Positions 28,201-37,819 of a stretch of 38,663 nt of DNA are shown in pieces; the stretch's first letter is position 1; each line of letters begins with the position of its first letter. Under the pieces are notes generated by a model. It was not told the DNA's origin. It searched no databases and saw only the letters and a program-made list of their open reading frames with translations. The stretch is from an uncultured Acidimicrobiales bacterium (GTDB taxonomy: Bacteria; Actinomycetota; Acidimicrobiia; Acidimicrobiales; SZUA-35), in assembly GCA_937930655.1 (NCBI GenBank), contig CALHBU010000113.1, forward strand, positions 1 through 38,663, written 5' to 3'. A program made the translations under genes and the position numbers.

Positions 28201-29302
28201 GGGTGGCCCCCAGCTCCAGTGCTTCGTGAAAGACGTCCCGATAGCCCCGCCCTGATTGTTGCCAGGTCTGTGTACGAGCCCGCTCTCGGCCGGCATCCCG
28301 TAGATCCGCCGCCAGGGCCGAGCTCTCGAGAATCGAGCGAATACCAGCCTCTATGGATGAAGCGGCAAAGGGGTCGACCAGCACCGCCGCACCGCCGGCT
28401 ACTTCCTCGGTGGCCGTTCCGGCCGATGTGACCACCGGTGTTCCCTGAGCCATCGCCTCCAGGACTGGCAGCCCGAAGCCTTCGGCCAGCGAGGGCAGGA
28501 GGAAGACTTCTGCTGCCGCGTACAGCGCGTGGAGATCACGCTCCGACACTCGACCAAGTCGAAACGCCCGATCGCCGAGTGGACCAAGAAGATCCTGCCC
28601 ATCGACCACCCAGCCGTCGGGGCCGACGACCACCAGCGGCAGGTCGGCAATCGCGGCGACGGCATCGACGATCCGTCTCAGATTCTTGCGAGGCTCGATG
28701 GTGCCAACGAACAGCGCAAAGCTCTCCGGCAGGCCATGACGGCGGCGCACATCATCGTGCTCCGATGGGTCGACGTCGATCAGATCGACACCGAGCGGGA
28801 CCACCCTCACCCGCTCAGGGTCAGCCCCCTGGGAGACCAGGTCGTCCGCCACCAGCCTGGTGGGAGCCACCAGTAACGTCCCCCGTTCCTTCGTCACTTG
28901 CCACGCTCGGGGAAAGAACGACCGACCCCGTTGGCTCAGCCGTTCGGGATGATGGAGAAAATCAAGATCGTTCACTGTGACAACGGTCGGCGCAGTGTTT
29001 GGCGGCACCACCATGGCAGCAGCCCAGATCAGATCGACGGTGCCAACAAGCCGCTCGACCGGAAAGAAGCCGAGTCGATGCCATGCCTCATAGAGCGCAG
29101 GGCGAGGAATCGAAAAACTTCGGACATTGATCGGCGGCCGTTCTCGATCAATATCCACTTGGCTGTGGCGGGCCGAAACCCCGACCAGATCGAAGCCCCC
29201 AACGGCTTGCAAGCCACTCAGTACGCCACGAGTGGCCCGCACCGTGCCTCCCGGGACGGCGTGCCAGAACTGTTCGACGGTGACCGCCACCCGAGGGTCC
29301 AC
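28193..29302 (-). CDS. Family-4 glycosyltransferase
   Basis: 369 aa, GTG start. EX7E region LLPSLAEGFGLPVLEAMAQGTPVVT. Confidence 0.82.
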   Translation of the reverse strand: MDPRVAVTVEQFWHAVPGGTVRATRGVLSGLQAVGGFDLVGVSARHSQVDIDRERPPINVRSFSIPRPALYEAWHRLGFFPVERLVGTVDLIWAAAMVVPPNTAPTVVTVNDLDFLHHPERLSQRGRSFFPRAWQVTKERGTLLVAPTRLVADDLVSQGADPERVRVVPLGVDLIDVDPSEHDDVRRRHGLPESFALFVGTIEPRKNLRRIVDAVAAIADLPLVVVGPDGWVVDGQDLLGPLGDRAFRLGRVSERDLHALYAAAEVFLLPSLAEGFGLPVLEAMAQGTPVVTSAGTATEEVAGGAAVLVDPFAASSIEAGIRSILESSALAADLRDAGRERARTQTWQQSGRGYRDVFHEALELGATHG

Positions 29303-29326
29303 CCCCGAAGTTTGGCAGCTCCAGGG

Positions 29327-30265
29327 TCAGAGACCGAGTACGGCCGCGAAGTGCTCGGCCGTTTTGACCAATCCCTCACGAAGGGCGATCGTCGGTTCCC
29401 AGTCAAGTTCGCGTCGGGCCACGGTCAGATCGGGACGCCGTTGGGTTGGATCGTCGGTCGGTAGTGGCATGAACGCCAGCTCGCTCTTGCTGTTGGTGAT
29501 GGCCAACACCTCGGTCGCCAACTCGCGGATGGTGAACTCTGACTCGTTCCCGATGTTGACTGGCGACTGGTAGTCACTGTCGAGGAGCTTTAGCTGACCT
29601 TCAACCTGATCATCGACGTAGCAGAAGCTTCGGGTTTGTTGACCCTCTCCGAAGATGGTGATGGGCTCGCCCTTCAGCGCCTGGATGATGAAGCTGGACA
29701 CCACTCGCCCATCGTCGGGGCGCATGCGGGGACCGTAGGTGTTGAAGGTGCGAACGATTCTGACATCGACATCGTGATGCCGGTGATAGGCAACGGTGAG
29801 CGCTTCGGCAAAGCGTTTGGCCTCGTCGTACATACTTCTGGGCCCGATGGGATTCACGTTGCCCCAATAGGTCTCCGGTTGGGGGTGCACCTGGGGGTCG
29901 CCGTAGACCTCGCTGGTCGAGTTCAGATGGAACTTGGCGCCTTTCTCCAGCGCCAAGCCAAGGCAATTGTGAGTGCCAAGGCTTCCTACCTTGAGAATCT
30001 GGATGGGGATTTTCTCGAAGTCGACCGGCGAAGCCGGACTAGCGAGGTGCATGATGGCGTCGACCGGGCCGGGTACCCAGATGTGACTGGATACGTCGTG
30101 GCGGACGAACGTGAATCGTCGATCGCCGAAGAGGTGTTCGATGTTCTCGACTCGACCGGTCCGGAGGTTGTCGATGCATACCACTTGATCACCTCGATCG
30201 AGCAGCTGGTCACAAAGATGCGACCCGAGAAAGCCCGCTCCGCCGGTTACGACAATCCGTGCCAT
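29327..30265 (-). CDS. uxs: UDP-glucuronate decarboxylase (UDP-xylose synthase)
   Basis: Start placed at ATG 30265 ([19 protein letters not shown]...), giving 312 aa. It is near-collinear with eukaryotic/bacterial UXS: [77 protein letters not shown]. It begins 1 nt after the ugd stop. Confidence 0.9.
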   Translation of the reverse strand: MARIVVTGGAGFLGSHLCDQLLDRGDQVVCIDNLRTGRVENIEHLFGDRRFTFVRHDVSSHIWVPGPVDAIMHLASPASPVDFEKIPIQILKVGSLGTHNCLGLALEKGAKFHLNSTSEVYGDPQVHPQPETYWGNVNPIGPRSMYDEAKRFAEALTVAYHRHHDVDVRIVRTFNTYGPRMRPDDGRVVSSFIIQALKGEPITIFGEGQQTRSFCYVDDQVEGQLKLLDSDYQSPVNIGNESEFTIRELATEVLAITNSKSELAFMPLPTDDPTQRRPDLTVARRELDWEPTIALREGLVKTAEHFAAVLGL

Positions 30266-30266
30266 G

Positions 30267-31544
30267 TCAGCGGCCGACGCCGCGATAGGTGAACCCTCGA
30301 CGTTTGAGGGCGTGGCTGTCCAACAGGTTGCGGCCATCGACGACGGCGCGGCCTATCATTTGCTCAGCCACCTGGTCGAAGTCGAGCCAACGAAAGTCGT
30401 CCCACTCGGTCAGTACGGCCAATACATCGGCGTTCTTGACCGCGGCATAGGCGTCCTGGACGACTTCGAGTTCGGGAACATCGGCAACCGGGCCAGAAAC
30501 CGCCGGATCAAAGCCACTTACCTCAACACCGGCGGCAATGAGGCGCTTGATGACCTCGAGTGATGGCGACTGGCGGAGATCGTCGGTACCAGCCTTGAAG
30601 GTCAGACCCCATACGCCGACCCGCTTGCCAGCGACATCGGGCCCCACTGCATCGAGAATCTTCTTGGCGGTGATGTCGAACTGCTCGTCGTTGACTCGAA
30701 GGACTTCTCGCAAGAAGCTGAAGTCGTATCCGGCGTCCTCAGCAATCTTGGCCAGCGCAACGGTGTCTTTGGGAAAGCAGCTTCCGCCCCAGCCTGGTCC
30801 GGGATGAAGGAACTCTTTGCCAATGCGGTGGTCGTAGCCCATGCCCAGGACAACATCGTTGACGTCAGCGCCAACCGCTTCGCAAAGGTTGGCCACCGCA
30901 TTGATGAACGACAGCTTTGACGCCAGGAAGGCATTGGCCGCGTACTTGATGGTCTCGGCCGAGATCGGGTCGGTCACCATGATCGGAGCCCGAACCTTGG
31001 AGTACAGACCGGCCACTCGAATGGCTGCCTCCTGATCGCTCGATCCAATGACAATTCGATCGGGGTTCAGGAAGTCATCAACTGCGGTGCCTTCCCGAAG
31101 AAACTCAGGGTTGGACACAACGGCCACGTCCCGGCGGCCAAGAACCCGACCAACCACCTCGGTGGAGCCAACCGGCACGGTCGACTTGTTTACGACGACC
31201 GAGTTGTTGGGGAGAACCGGACCAATCTCGGCCGCTGCCGCCTGAAGGTAGGAGAGATCGGCTGCTCCGTCTTCTCCCTGAGGCGTCGGCACGCAAAGAT
31301 AGTGAAACTCGGCTTCTTTGGATGCGGTGACCGCGCCAAGCACGAAACGAAGATTCCCACTGGCCACGCCCTCGGTGACGATGCGCTCTAGGCCGTGTTC
31401 GACAATGGGGATCTCACCGGCCTTAAGCCGGTCTACCTTTTCTGGGTCGATGTCGGCGCAGATAACCTCGTGTCCGAGGTGAGCGAAGCACGCGCCAGTA
31501 GTTAAGCCCACGTACCCGGTGCCGATGACGGCAATCGTTGCCAA
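30267..31544 (-). CDS. ugd: UDP-glucose 6-dehydrogenase
   Basis: 425 aa. [18 protein letters not shown] Rossmann motif and the catalytic region [11 protein letters not shown] start preceded by GAGGAG at an 8-nt spacing. Confidence 0.92.
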   Translation of the reverse strand: MATIAVIGTGYVGLTTGACFAHLGHEVICADIDPEKVDRLKAGEIPIVEHGLERIVTEGVASGNLRFVLGAVTASKEAEFHYLCVPTPQGEDGAADLSYLQAAAAEIGPVLPNNSVVVNKSTVPVGSTEVVGRVLGRRDVAVVSNPEFLREGTAVDDFLNPDRIVIGSSDQEAAIRVAGLYSKVRAPIMVTDPISAETIKYAANAFLASKLSFINAVANLCEAVGADVNDVVLGMGYDHRIGKEFLHPGPGWGGSCFPKDTVALAKIAEDAGYDFSFLREVLRVNDEQFDITAKKILDAVGPDVAGKRVGVWGLTFKAGTDDLRQSPSLEVIKRLIAAGVEVSGFDPAVSGPVADVPELEVVQDAYAAVKNADVLAVLTEWDDFRWLDFDQVAEQMIGRAVVDGRNLLDSHALKRRGFTYRGVGR

Positions 31545-31607
31545 GGTGATGTCTCCTCGAAATTACGGGCGCCGCCGATTTGGCACCAAGAAGAGAGAAT
31601 AGCGAAG

Positions 31608-33197
31608 CTACGGGCACTCGCCGAGGAGCGGTTTACCCATCTCCTCATTAGATGAGGCAGCCAGAGGGTCGTTTTCATCGCCGACGCTCGTTGAGGTCAG
31701 CTCCCCACTGGGTGAGGACGTCGTCGGCTCGGTGGTTGGCCTTACCGCGTCACGGGCACTATCGCCCACCGTTGGTGATGGCCCCGAGGTGCCGTCGGTC
31801 GCTGATTCATCGGTTTTCGCAGCACCTTTCTCGGCACCAGTGTTGTCGACCGTGGCCCCAACAACGACCACGACATCTCGCCCCAAGAGGCCACCGGTCT
31901 CTTCCAGACGGGGCGCCACCCCGGTGGTTTCGACTCCGACTTCATCGAGAGCAGCCAGAACCAGTCCCGCCGCTTGGAGGCCGTCGACGCCATGGCGGAT
32001 GACAATCCCGGGGTCCGCAGTGGCGGCGCTGGCAACCGGTAGGTCGAATCCGGCCTCGACGAGTACCGAACGGAGGTCGTCGGCCAACTCTGACTCGTCC
32101 TGATCATGGACGATCCGGACTCGCACAGTGGCGGGAGAGTCGGACGCCTCGCCACCGAACAGAGCCACCAACGGCACCGCCTCATCGGTGAGTGGGAAGA
32201 GCACGCTGTTGGTTCCGACCTCGCCGAAAACTGCGGGATAGCTGTAGGTAGCCAGCGAGCCTGGTTCGAAGGCGGCATACGTACGTCCGAGATCTAGCAG
32301 CAGCTGAGGCGTGAGGTCCTGATCAAGCGACACATTGTCGAGGCCGGCATCGACAAGATCGGAAAGCACAAACGGGTTCCTGGCACCGAGGTCGATGGCC
32401 CGTTGCATGAGGCGCTGTAGAAAGTCCTGCTGGCGACGGATGCGCCCCAGATCCCCGTCGGGATCGGTAATCCACCGGCCGTCAACGTCCTGGGTCTGGT
32501 AGTAGCGGCTTCGGACGTAGGAGAGAGCAGTCGGTGGATCGAGCGTCTGGCAGCCAGTCGTCAGGATCTCGAAACCGGTCTGTGTTCGATCGTGGGTGGC
32601 GTTCCAGTCACGGGCTGGCGATTCGAAGAAAATGTCAACCGAGCCAACCGCCTCGACCAATCCTTCAAATCCGGCGAAGTCCACGTTGACGAAGTAATTG
32701 ATCGGAATCCCAAGTCCTTCCTCGATGGTTTCGATCAGCGTCGAGGGTCCCCCAACAGCGAAGGCACTGTTGATCTTGGCCTGGCGGGAGCTGTCGGCGA
32801 TCGGGACCCACAGATCCCTCGGCAGGCTCAGAAGTGCTGCCGATCCGTCGCGCTCGTCAAGGTGGGCGATGATGATCACGTCGCCGTTGCGCTCGCCCAC
32901 TCGCCCGGCAGCCACTGGGTCATCGGGGTCCAGACCAGCCGAAGAATCGGAACCAACCAGCAGAATATTGATGACCCGCTTGCCCGGTGTCGTTGGATTG
33001 GCTGGCGTGAGTGCACCGGAGAGCTCGACCCGGTTGACTGATGCAGTCTTGTTCCACGACGCGTTGAGTAGCCATGCCAAGCCCAGCGCGGCGACGATCA
33101 TCACTGCATTGCTACCGAGAAGCAGCCGCTGCTGCCACGTGCGGCCGTCTCGCCTGGCTCGCCTGACTCGTCGGGCTCGCGTTCGGGCCCCTGTCAT
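31608..33197 (-). CDS. LytR-CpsA-Psr (LCP) family cell-wall glycopolymer ligase with a LytR_C-like domain and low-complexity tail
   Basis: 529 aa. It has a basic N-terminus plus TM anchor and an LCP core (ILLVGSDS, GDVIIIAHL, LLSLPRDLWV, KINSAF, VNVDFAGF). The C-terminal domain is followed by a Thr/Ser/Gly/Pro-rich tail. Confidence 0.88.
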   Translation of the reverse strand: MTGARTRARRVRRARRDGRTWQQRLLLGSNAVMIVAALGLAWLLNASWNKTASVNRVELSGALTPANPTTPGKRVINILLVGSDSSAGLDPDDPVAAGRVGERNGDVIIIAHLDERDGSAALLSLPRDLWVPIADSSRQAKINSAFAVGGPSTLIETIEEGLGIPINYFVNVDFAGFEGLVEAVGSVDIFFESPARDWNATHDRTQTGFEILTTGCQTLDPPTALSYVRSRYYQTQDVDGRWITDPDGDLGRIRRQQDFLQRLMQRAIDLGARNPFVLSDLVDAGLDNVSLDQDLTPQLLLDLGRTYAAFEPGSLATYSYPAVFGEVGTNSVLFPLTDEAVPLVALFGGEASDSPATVRVRIVHDQDESELADDLRSVLVEAGFDLPVASAATADPGIVIRHGVDGLQAAGLVLAALDEVGVETTGVAPRLEETGGLLGRDVVVVVGATVDNTGAEKGAAKTDESATDGTSGPSPTVGDSARDAVRPTTEPTTSSPSGELTSTSVGDENDPLAASSNEEMGKPLLGECP

Positions 33198-33210
33198 GTG
33201 ACTACAACCA

Positions 33211-33840
33211 TCATGTGATCACAACTACTGCGCCGCCACCGATGGTGACCGTCACCCGATGATCGGCTGCGACATTGCTCATACCGCGCGGCGACCCGGC
33301 AGCCAAGGTCTCACCATCAAGTGGATACTCGAGGCCGGCCGTTCTCACGCCAACGGCATCACCACCGACGGGAAGAATGCTCACCAGCTGGGCAGGCTTG
33401 ACTTCCAGAGTCGCTTGGCAGTGAACCACTGTCAGGGTTGCATCGCCGACGTTGGCGACCACTTCAGCCGAAGCAAACCGTCGATCGGCCAGCAGCAGAA
33501 GGTTTGCCAAGAAGTGATCGGGCCGCCCACCGTCGAGTGCGCAGACCCAGATTCGGTCCGGCGCAATGTCAACGGCGTGCAGTAGGGCCAGCTCGAGATC
33601 GGTTTCGTTCTTGGCCGCCGGGTAGGCCTGGACGGATGCTCCTGCGTTGGTGGCAGCGGCCAGTCCGTCGGCCGAGACTGAATCGAAGTCGCCGATGGCA
33701 ACATCGATGCTGCGCCCAACGGCCAAGGCCCGATCAACTCCGGAGTCGGCGGCGATTACCCAGTCAGCCTCCGGCAATCGTCGAGCCTGGGGCGGCGTAA
33801 GGGCGAGTCCACCAGCAAAGACGAGAACGGTTCGGGCCAT
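33211..33840 (-). CDS. Thiamine pyrophosphokinase
   Basis: 209 aa. It has IGDFDS, KNETDLELAL and GGRPDH motifs, plus a C-terminal thiamine-binding beta domain. Confidence 0.78.
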   Translation of the reverse strand: MARTVLVFAGGLALTPPQARRLPEADWVIAADSGVDRALAVGRSIDVAIGDFDSVSADGLAAATNAGASVQAYPAAKNETDLELALLHAVDIAPDRIWVCALDGGRPDHFLANLLLLADRRFASAEVVANVGDATLTVVHCQATLEVKPAQLVSILPVGGDAVGVRTAGLEYPLDGETLAAGSPRGMSNVAADHRVTVTIGGGAVVVIT

Positions 33841-33893
33841 GTCGACCGAGATCGTAGGGCTCCTCCGGCCTGACGTGGTGGCCCCCGGTTGGA

Positions 33894-33899
33894 TACCGT
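33894..33899 (+). promoter_or_regulatory. Candidate -10 element TACCGT 6 nt before the acyl-CoA dehydrogenase ATG (leaderless-type)
   Basis: TACCGT-caggac-ATG. The hexamer and spacing are identical to those at cofE. Confidence 0.4.
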
Positions 33900-33905
33900 C
33901 AGGAC

Positions 33906-35057
33906 ATGCTGAGCCGCACCATCTACAACGACGACCACGATCTCTTCCGCGACAGCTTTCGGACCTTCGTCCAGAAGGAGATCGTGCCGAGGGCCGACGA
34001 ATGGGAGCAGGCCGGTCTTGTCGACACCGCCATGTTCAAGACGGCGGGAGAAAACGGCTTCCTCGCCATGGAAGTCGACACCGAGCATGGCGGTGGCGGC
34101 GTCGATGACTTTCGATTCAACTGCGTCATTAATGAGGAGATCCAGGCGGCCGGAGTCATGGCGTCGGGAATGTGCATCACCCTTCACAACGACATCTGTC
34201 TGCCGTATTTCACCCGGTACACCACCGACGAGCAGAAGGCCCGCTGGCTACCGGGCATTGCCTCGGGCGAACTCATGACCGCCATTGCGATGACCGAGCC
34301 AGGAACCGGATCAGACTTGGCCGGGGTTCGGACTACCGCCATCAAGGACGGCGATTCCTACATTCTGAACGGCTCCAAGACCTTCATTACCAACGGGATC
34401 AATTCATCGTTGGTAATCGTTGCCGCCAAGACCGACCCTGAGCAGGCCCATCGAGGTATGAGCCTGCTGGTCGTCGAGGAAGGCATGGAGGGCTTCAGCC
34501 GTGGTCGCAATCTGGACAAGATCGGCATGCATGCCCAGGACACCGCCGAACTGATCTTTGAAGATGTACGGGTCCCGGCCGAGAATCTTCTCGGTGGCGA
34601 GGGTGAAGGCTTTTTCATGCTGGTCAACAACCTGCCGAGGGAACGGTTGTCGCTGTCAGCCAGTGCGGTGGCCCATGCCCAGGCTGCGTTCGACTGGACG
34701 GTTGAGTATTGCCGGGAGCGGGAAGCGTTCGGCCAGCCCATCGGCTCGTTCCAGAACTCTAAGTTCAAGCTGGCTGAGATGAAGACTGAGCTGGACATCG
34801 CCCGGGTGTTCATCGACCGTCAGGTCGAGGCATACCTCAAGGACGAGCTCACCGCCGACGACGCGGCCGAGGCCAAGTGGTGGACCACCGAGCTGGAGAA
34901 TCGGGTCACCGACACCTGCCTTCAGCTCCACGGCGGTTTTGGCTACATGGAGGAGTATCCGATTGCTCGAGCGTGGCGAGATGCCCGAGTGCAAAAGATC
35001 TACGGCGGCACCAACGAGATCATGAAAGAGATCATCGGCCGCTCGCTGGGCTTCTGA
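33906..35057 (+). CDS. Acyl-CoA dehydrogenase
   Basis: 383 aa. It has AMTEPGTGSDLAG and FITNG, and the C-terminal ARVQKIYGGTNEIMKEIIGR is typical of the ACAD family. Confidence 0.9.
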   Translation: MLSRTIYNDDHDLFRDSFRTFVQKEIVPRADEWEQAGLVDTAMFKTAGENGFLAMEVDTEHGGGGVDDFRFNCVINEEIQAAGVMASGMCITLHNDICLPYFTRYTTDEQKARWLPGIASGELMTAIAMTEPGTGSDLAGVRTTAIKDGDSYILNGSKTFITNGINSSLVIVAAKTDPEQAHRGMSLLVVEEGMEGFSRGRNLDKIGMHAQDTAELIFEDVRVPAENLLGGEGEGFFMLVNNLPRERLSLSASAVAHAQAAFDWTVEYCREREAFGQPIGSFQNSKFKLAEMKTELDIARVFIDRQVEAYLKDELTADDAAEAKWWTTELENRVTDTCLQLHGGFGYMEEYPIARAWRDARVQKIYGGTNEIMKEIIGRSLGF

Positions 35058-35119
35058 GCCTCCTCCTAGCAGCCGAGAGCAGCACTGGCGGGAGCCAGGC
35101 CGAAGCCGTTCCGCTGCTG

Positions 35120-35464
35120 GTGGCGTTTCTGATGGGACCGCTGCTCTTGGCCGCTGGCCTACTCATCGCCTGGATAGCGGTGAAGGGCTGGCGGGGTGAT
35201 CTGGCGCGGAACCAGATGGTTGGCATTCGGACCCCCGCCACCTTGGCTTCCGACGATGCCTGGCACGAGGCCCATCGGCTGGCTGGACCGTGGATGGTGG
35301 CCGGAAGTCTGGGAGCAATCGTGCCGGGAACGATCCTGTTGTTCCGCCCTAGCGACGGCACGGCCAAAGCAACCATCATGATCGGCTTGGCGGTAATGGT
35401 GGCGCTGGTGATCGCTGGCGGCGGCATCGGGTCGATGGCCGCAGCCCGCCGGAACGATGAGTAG
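35120..35464 (+). CDS. Small SdpI/YhfL-like membrane protein
   Basis: The reading frame stays open from inside the ACAD gene, so the start is uncertain (GTG 35120 or ATG 35132). It has three predicted TM helices. NQMVGIRTPATLASDDAWHEAHR resembles the SdpI-family NxxxGxRTxxT...W motif. Confidence 0.45.
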   Translation: MAFLMGPLLLAAGLLIAWIAVKGWRGDLARNQMVGIRTPATLASDDAWHEAHRLAGPWMVAGSLGAIVPGTILLFRPSDGTAKATIMIGLAVMVALVIAGGGIGSMAAARRNDE

Positions 35465-35480
35465 CGGCGACGGGACCGTT

Positions 35481-36167
35481 TCAGTCCAGGCCGAGGTCGG
35501 CTTCGAGCCTGGCCAGGCGCCGTTCCAGGGCCTCGACCCGAGCCTCCAGCACTTGTGAGGGTTCGGACGGTGCTGCCAGAGGCTGAACAGCCGCTGCCGG
35601 AGGCTGAACAGCCGCTGGAGGCACGGCAACCTCGGGCCTGGGAGCCTGTGCGACCGGACTCGGTGCACCGGTATCGGACTGTTCGGCCCCGAGGAGATGG
35701 GTCCATCGGTCCTGGCTTTGTCCCGAGGCCCGGCCGAGGTTGGCCACCAACGGCTCCGCCCGCTCGGCCAACCCGTACAGAACCGTCTCGACGTCGGCCG
35801 GACTGGCAAAGCCGACGTATCGCTCGGTCCTGGTTTTGAGCTCGCCCGATGAGTTCGGGCCCCGCAGCATCAGAACCGCGAGAACTGCCAGTTGGGCCTC
35901 GGTGAGTCCCCACGCCTCGTCGAGGGTGTGCCGATGCTTTTCGACCCGGCCCCCGCCGGTAACGGTGCGGGCCAAACCGGCGGGACGGAGCAAAAGCATG
36001 GTCTCGGTGACGGTACGTTCGCCGTAGTCGACAACCGGATTACGGCTGCTTTTCTGGTTACAGGCATTTGTCAGGGCGTTGGTGGACAGCGGATAGTTGT
36101 CGGGAGTGGTAGCGGCCTTCTCGAGCAAACAACCCAGCACCCGGATTTCCTCGGCCGACAATTCCAT
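35481..36167 (-). CDS. YceH-like (DUF480/UPF0502) winged-helix protein with a Pro/Ala-rich linker and C-terminal coiled coil
   Basis: 228 aa. LSAEEIRVLGCLLEKAATTPDNYPLSTNALTNACNQKSSRNPV is the family signature. It contains an in-frame 21-bp tandem duplication. Confidence 0.75.
   Translation of the reverse strand: MELSAEEIRVLGCLLEKAATTPDNYPLSTNALTNACNQKSSRNPVVDYGERTVTETMLLLRPAGLARTVTGGGRVEKHRHTLDEAWGLTEAQLAVLAVLMLRGPNSSGELKTRTERYVGFASPADVETVLYGLAERAEPLVANLGRASGQSQDRWTHLLGAEQSDTGAPSPVAQAPRPEVAVPPAAVQPPAAAVQPLAAPSEPSQVLEARVEALERRLARLEADLGLD
35575..35616. repeat. In-frame 21-bp tandem duplication inside the YceH-like gene
   Basis: GCCAGAGGCTGAACAGCCGCT and GCCGGAGGCTGAACAGCCGCT match at 20 of 21 positions. 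They encode the repeated AAVQPP-type heptapeptide in the Pro/Ala linker. Confidence 0.85.
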
Positions 36168-36170
36168 CTG

Positions 36171-37361
36171 CTAGCTGAATGCGCTGTGACCGGTGATGGC
36201 CTGGCCCATCATCAGGGTGTGGATCTCGTTGGTCCCCTCGTAGGTGTAGACCGACTCGAGGTTGTTCATATGCCGAATCACCGGGTATTCGGTGGTGATG
36301 CCATTGGCACCGAGCATGCTCCTGGCTTCCCGAGCCACCCGAAGACTCATAGCCACGTTGTCCTTCTTGCCGAAACTGACCTGAGCAGGGCCGAGGCTGC
36401 CAGCATCTTTCAGACGACCCAGGTGATAAGCCACCAGAGTGCCCCGCTGGACCTGAACCATCATGTCGACCAATCGCTGTTGGGTGAGCTGGAATCGGCT
36501 GATCGGGCCGCCAAACTGCTCCCGCTCACCGGTGTAGTCAAGGGCTGCCTCATAACAGTCGCGGGCCGCTCCGACCGCGCCAAAGGAGATACCGAAGCGG
36601 GCTTCATTGAGGCACGAAAGCGGACCTCGCATCGACGCCACCTCGGGCAGCACTGCCGATGATGGCAGGCGGACGTCTTCCATAATGAGTTCAGAGGTGA
36701 CCGAGGCCCGAAGCGAAACCTTCCGCTCGATCTTTGGAGCCGAGAACCCCGGCGTATCGGTGGGCACCACAAAGCCCCGGATGCCGTCGTCGGTTTTAGC
36801 CCATACAACGGCGACGTCGGCGATGGACCCGTTGGTGATCCACATCTTGGTGCCGTTGAGCACCCAGTCACCGCCGGGGTCCTGCTTGGCGTTGGTGCGC
36901 ATCGAGGACGGGTCGGAGCCGGAGTCGGGCTCGGTCAGACCAAAGCACCCGATGAGCTCGCCGGCAGCCATGCCAGGCAACCACTCCTGCTTGTGTTCTT
37001 CTGACCCATAGGCCCAGATGGGAAACATAGCCAGCGAGCCCTGAACCGAAACGAAGCTGCGAAGCCCTGAATCGCCGGCCTCAAGCTCCATGCAAGCCAG
37101 GCCATACATCATCGCTGACGAACCGGCGCAGCCATAGCCGTCGAGGTGCATACCGACCAGTCCAAGCTCACCGACCGCTTTGGCCACCTCTTTGTGCGGG
37201 AAATCACCCTCGTCGAACCATTCACCGACGACTGGCTTGATTTTGTCGCTCACGTATCGACGCACGGTGTCACGCAGCATCAGCTCGTCGTCGGCGAGCA
37301 GGCCATCGGTGGCCAGAAAGTCTCGGGGGTCTTCCTTCTTGGGACGCAGCGGTTCAGACAT
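36171..37361 (-). CDS. gcdH: Glutaryl-CoA dehydrogenase-type acyl-CoA dehydrogenase
   Basis: Start placed at ATG 37361 (MSEPLRPKKEDPRDF...), giving 396 aa. It has GLTEPDSGSDPSSM, WITNG..ADVAVVWAK, and a C-terminal YTYEGTNEIHTLMMGQAITGHSAF that closely parallels the GCDH terminus. Confidence 0.82.
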   Translation of the reverse strand: MSEPLRPKKEDPRDFLATDGLLADDELMLRDTVRRYVSDKIKPVVGEWFDEGDFPHKEVAKAVGELGLVGMHLDGYGCAGSSAMMYGLACMELEAGDSGLRSFVSVQGSLAMFPIWAYGSEEHKQEWLPGMAAGELIGCFGLTEPDSGSDPSSMRTNAKQDPGGDWVLNGTKMWITNGSIADVAVVWAKTDDGIRGFVVPTDTPGFSAPKIERKVSLRASVTSELIMEDVRLPSSAVLPEVASMRGPLSCLNEARFGISFGAVGAARDCYEAALDYTGEREQFGGPISRFQLTQQRLVDMMVQVQRGTLVAYHLGRLKDAGSLGPAQVSFGKKDNVAMSLRVAREARSMLGANGITTEYPVIRHMNNLESVYTYEGTNEIHTLMMGQAITGHSAFS

Positions 37362-37371
37362 ACGAGAGAGG

Positions 37372-37794
37372 TTAGGGGACGAAGGCCTGGTGTCCGCCAT
37401 CACGCAGCGAGGCACGAAGGGCGTCGGCCATGGCATCGAGCTCGTCTGCTTTGGGCGATGTCTCGGCGTTGCGGAAATCGAGATTCTCCATGCCCTGCAT
37501 TGGCACGACATGGAGGTGGACGTGAGGTACCTCGAAGCCGGCGATCATCAGTCCGATTCGTTCGCACTGCACGACCGTCCGTTGCGCTTTGCCAATAGTC
37601 CGGGCCACTTCATTGAGATGCTGAGCGGTGGCATCGTCGAGATCGAGCCAGTGATCAACTTCCTCCCGCGGGATAACCAGGACGTGGCCTGGGTGAAGAG
37701 GTCGAATATCGAGCATGGCAATACATGCATCGTCGGCCCAGACCAGCCGACCGGGAATCTCGCCTGCGATGATGCGACTGAAAATCGACGTCAT
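37372..37794 (-). CDS. HIT-family (histidine triad) nucleotide hydrolase/transferase
   Basis: Start placed at ATG 37794 (MTSIFSRIIAGEIPG...), giving 140 aa. The histidine triad HVHLHVVP is present. The track's 220-aa version extends antisense into the crotonase gene. Confidence 0.88.
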   Translation of the reverse strand: MTSIFSRIIAGEIPGRLVWADDACIAMLDIRPLHPGHVLVIPREEVDHWLDLDDATAQHLNEVARTIGKAQRTVVQCERIGLMIAGFEVPHVHLHVVPMQGMENLDFRNAETSPKADELDAMADALRASLRDGGHQAFVP

Positions 37795-37801
37795 GGGCCT
37801 G

Positions 37802-37807
37802 ATGGTA
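37802..37807 (-). promoter_or_regulatory. Candidate -10 element TACCAT 6 nt before the HIT ATG (leaderless-type)
   Basis: The minus strand reads TACCAT-caggcc-ATG. It directly abuts AATGAT (37808-37813, plus strand), which sits 6 nt before the crotonase ATG at 37820. Confidence 0.38.
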
Positions 37808-37819
37808 AATGATGAGTCG

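Noticed and set aside
28201-28296. Upstream extensions of several minus- and plus-strand ORFs (27085-28296, 29327-30337, 36171-37511, 37372-38034, 37715-38617)
   Set aside because: Each extension overlaps the 3' end or start of a neighbouring well-supported gene and lacks family-like sequence. Internal ATGs at 28200, 30265, 37361, 37794 and 37820 give canonical N-termini such as [16 protein letters not shown] and MTSIFSRIIAGEIPG.
33194-33218. Duplicated octamer TCATGTGA spanning the LCP start and the TPK stop
   Set aside because: It is short, occurs only twice, and is explained by the stop/start codon context (TGA and ATG). There is no supporting structure.
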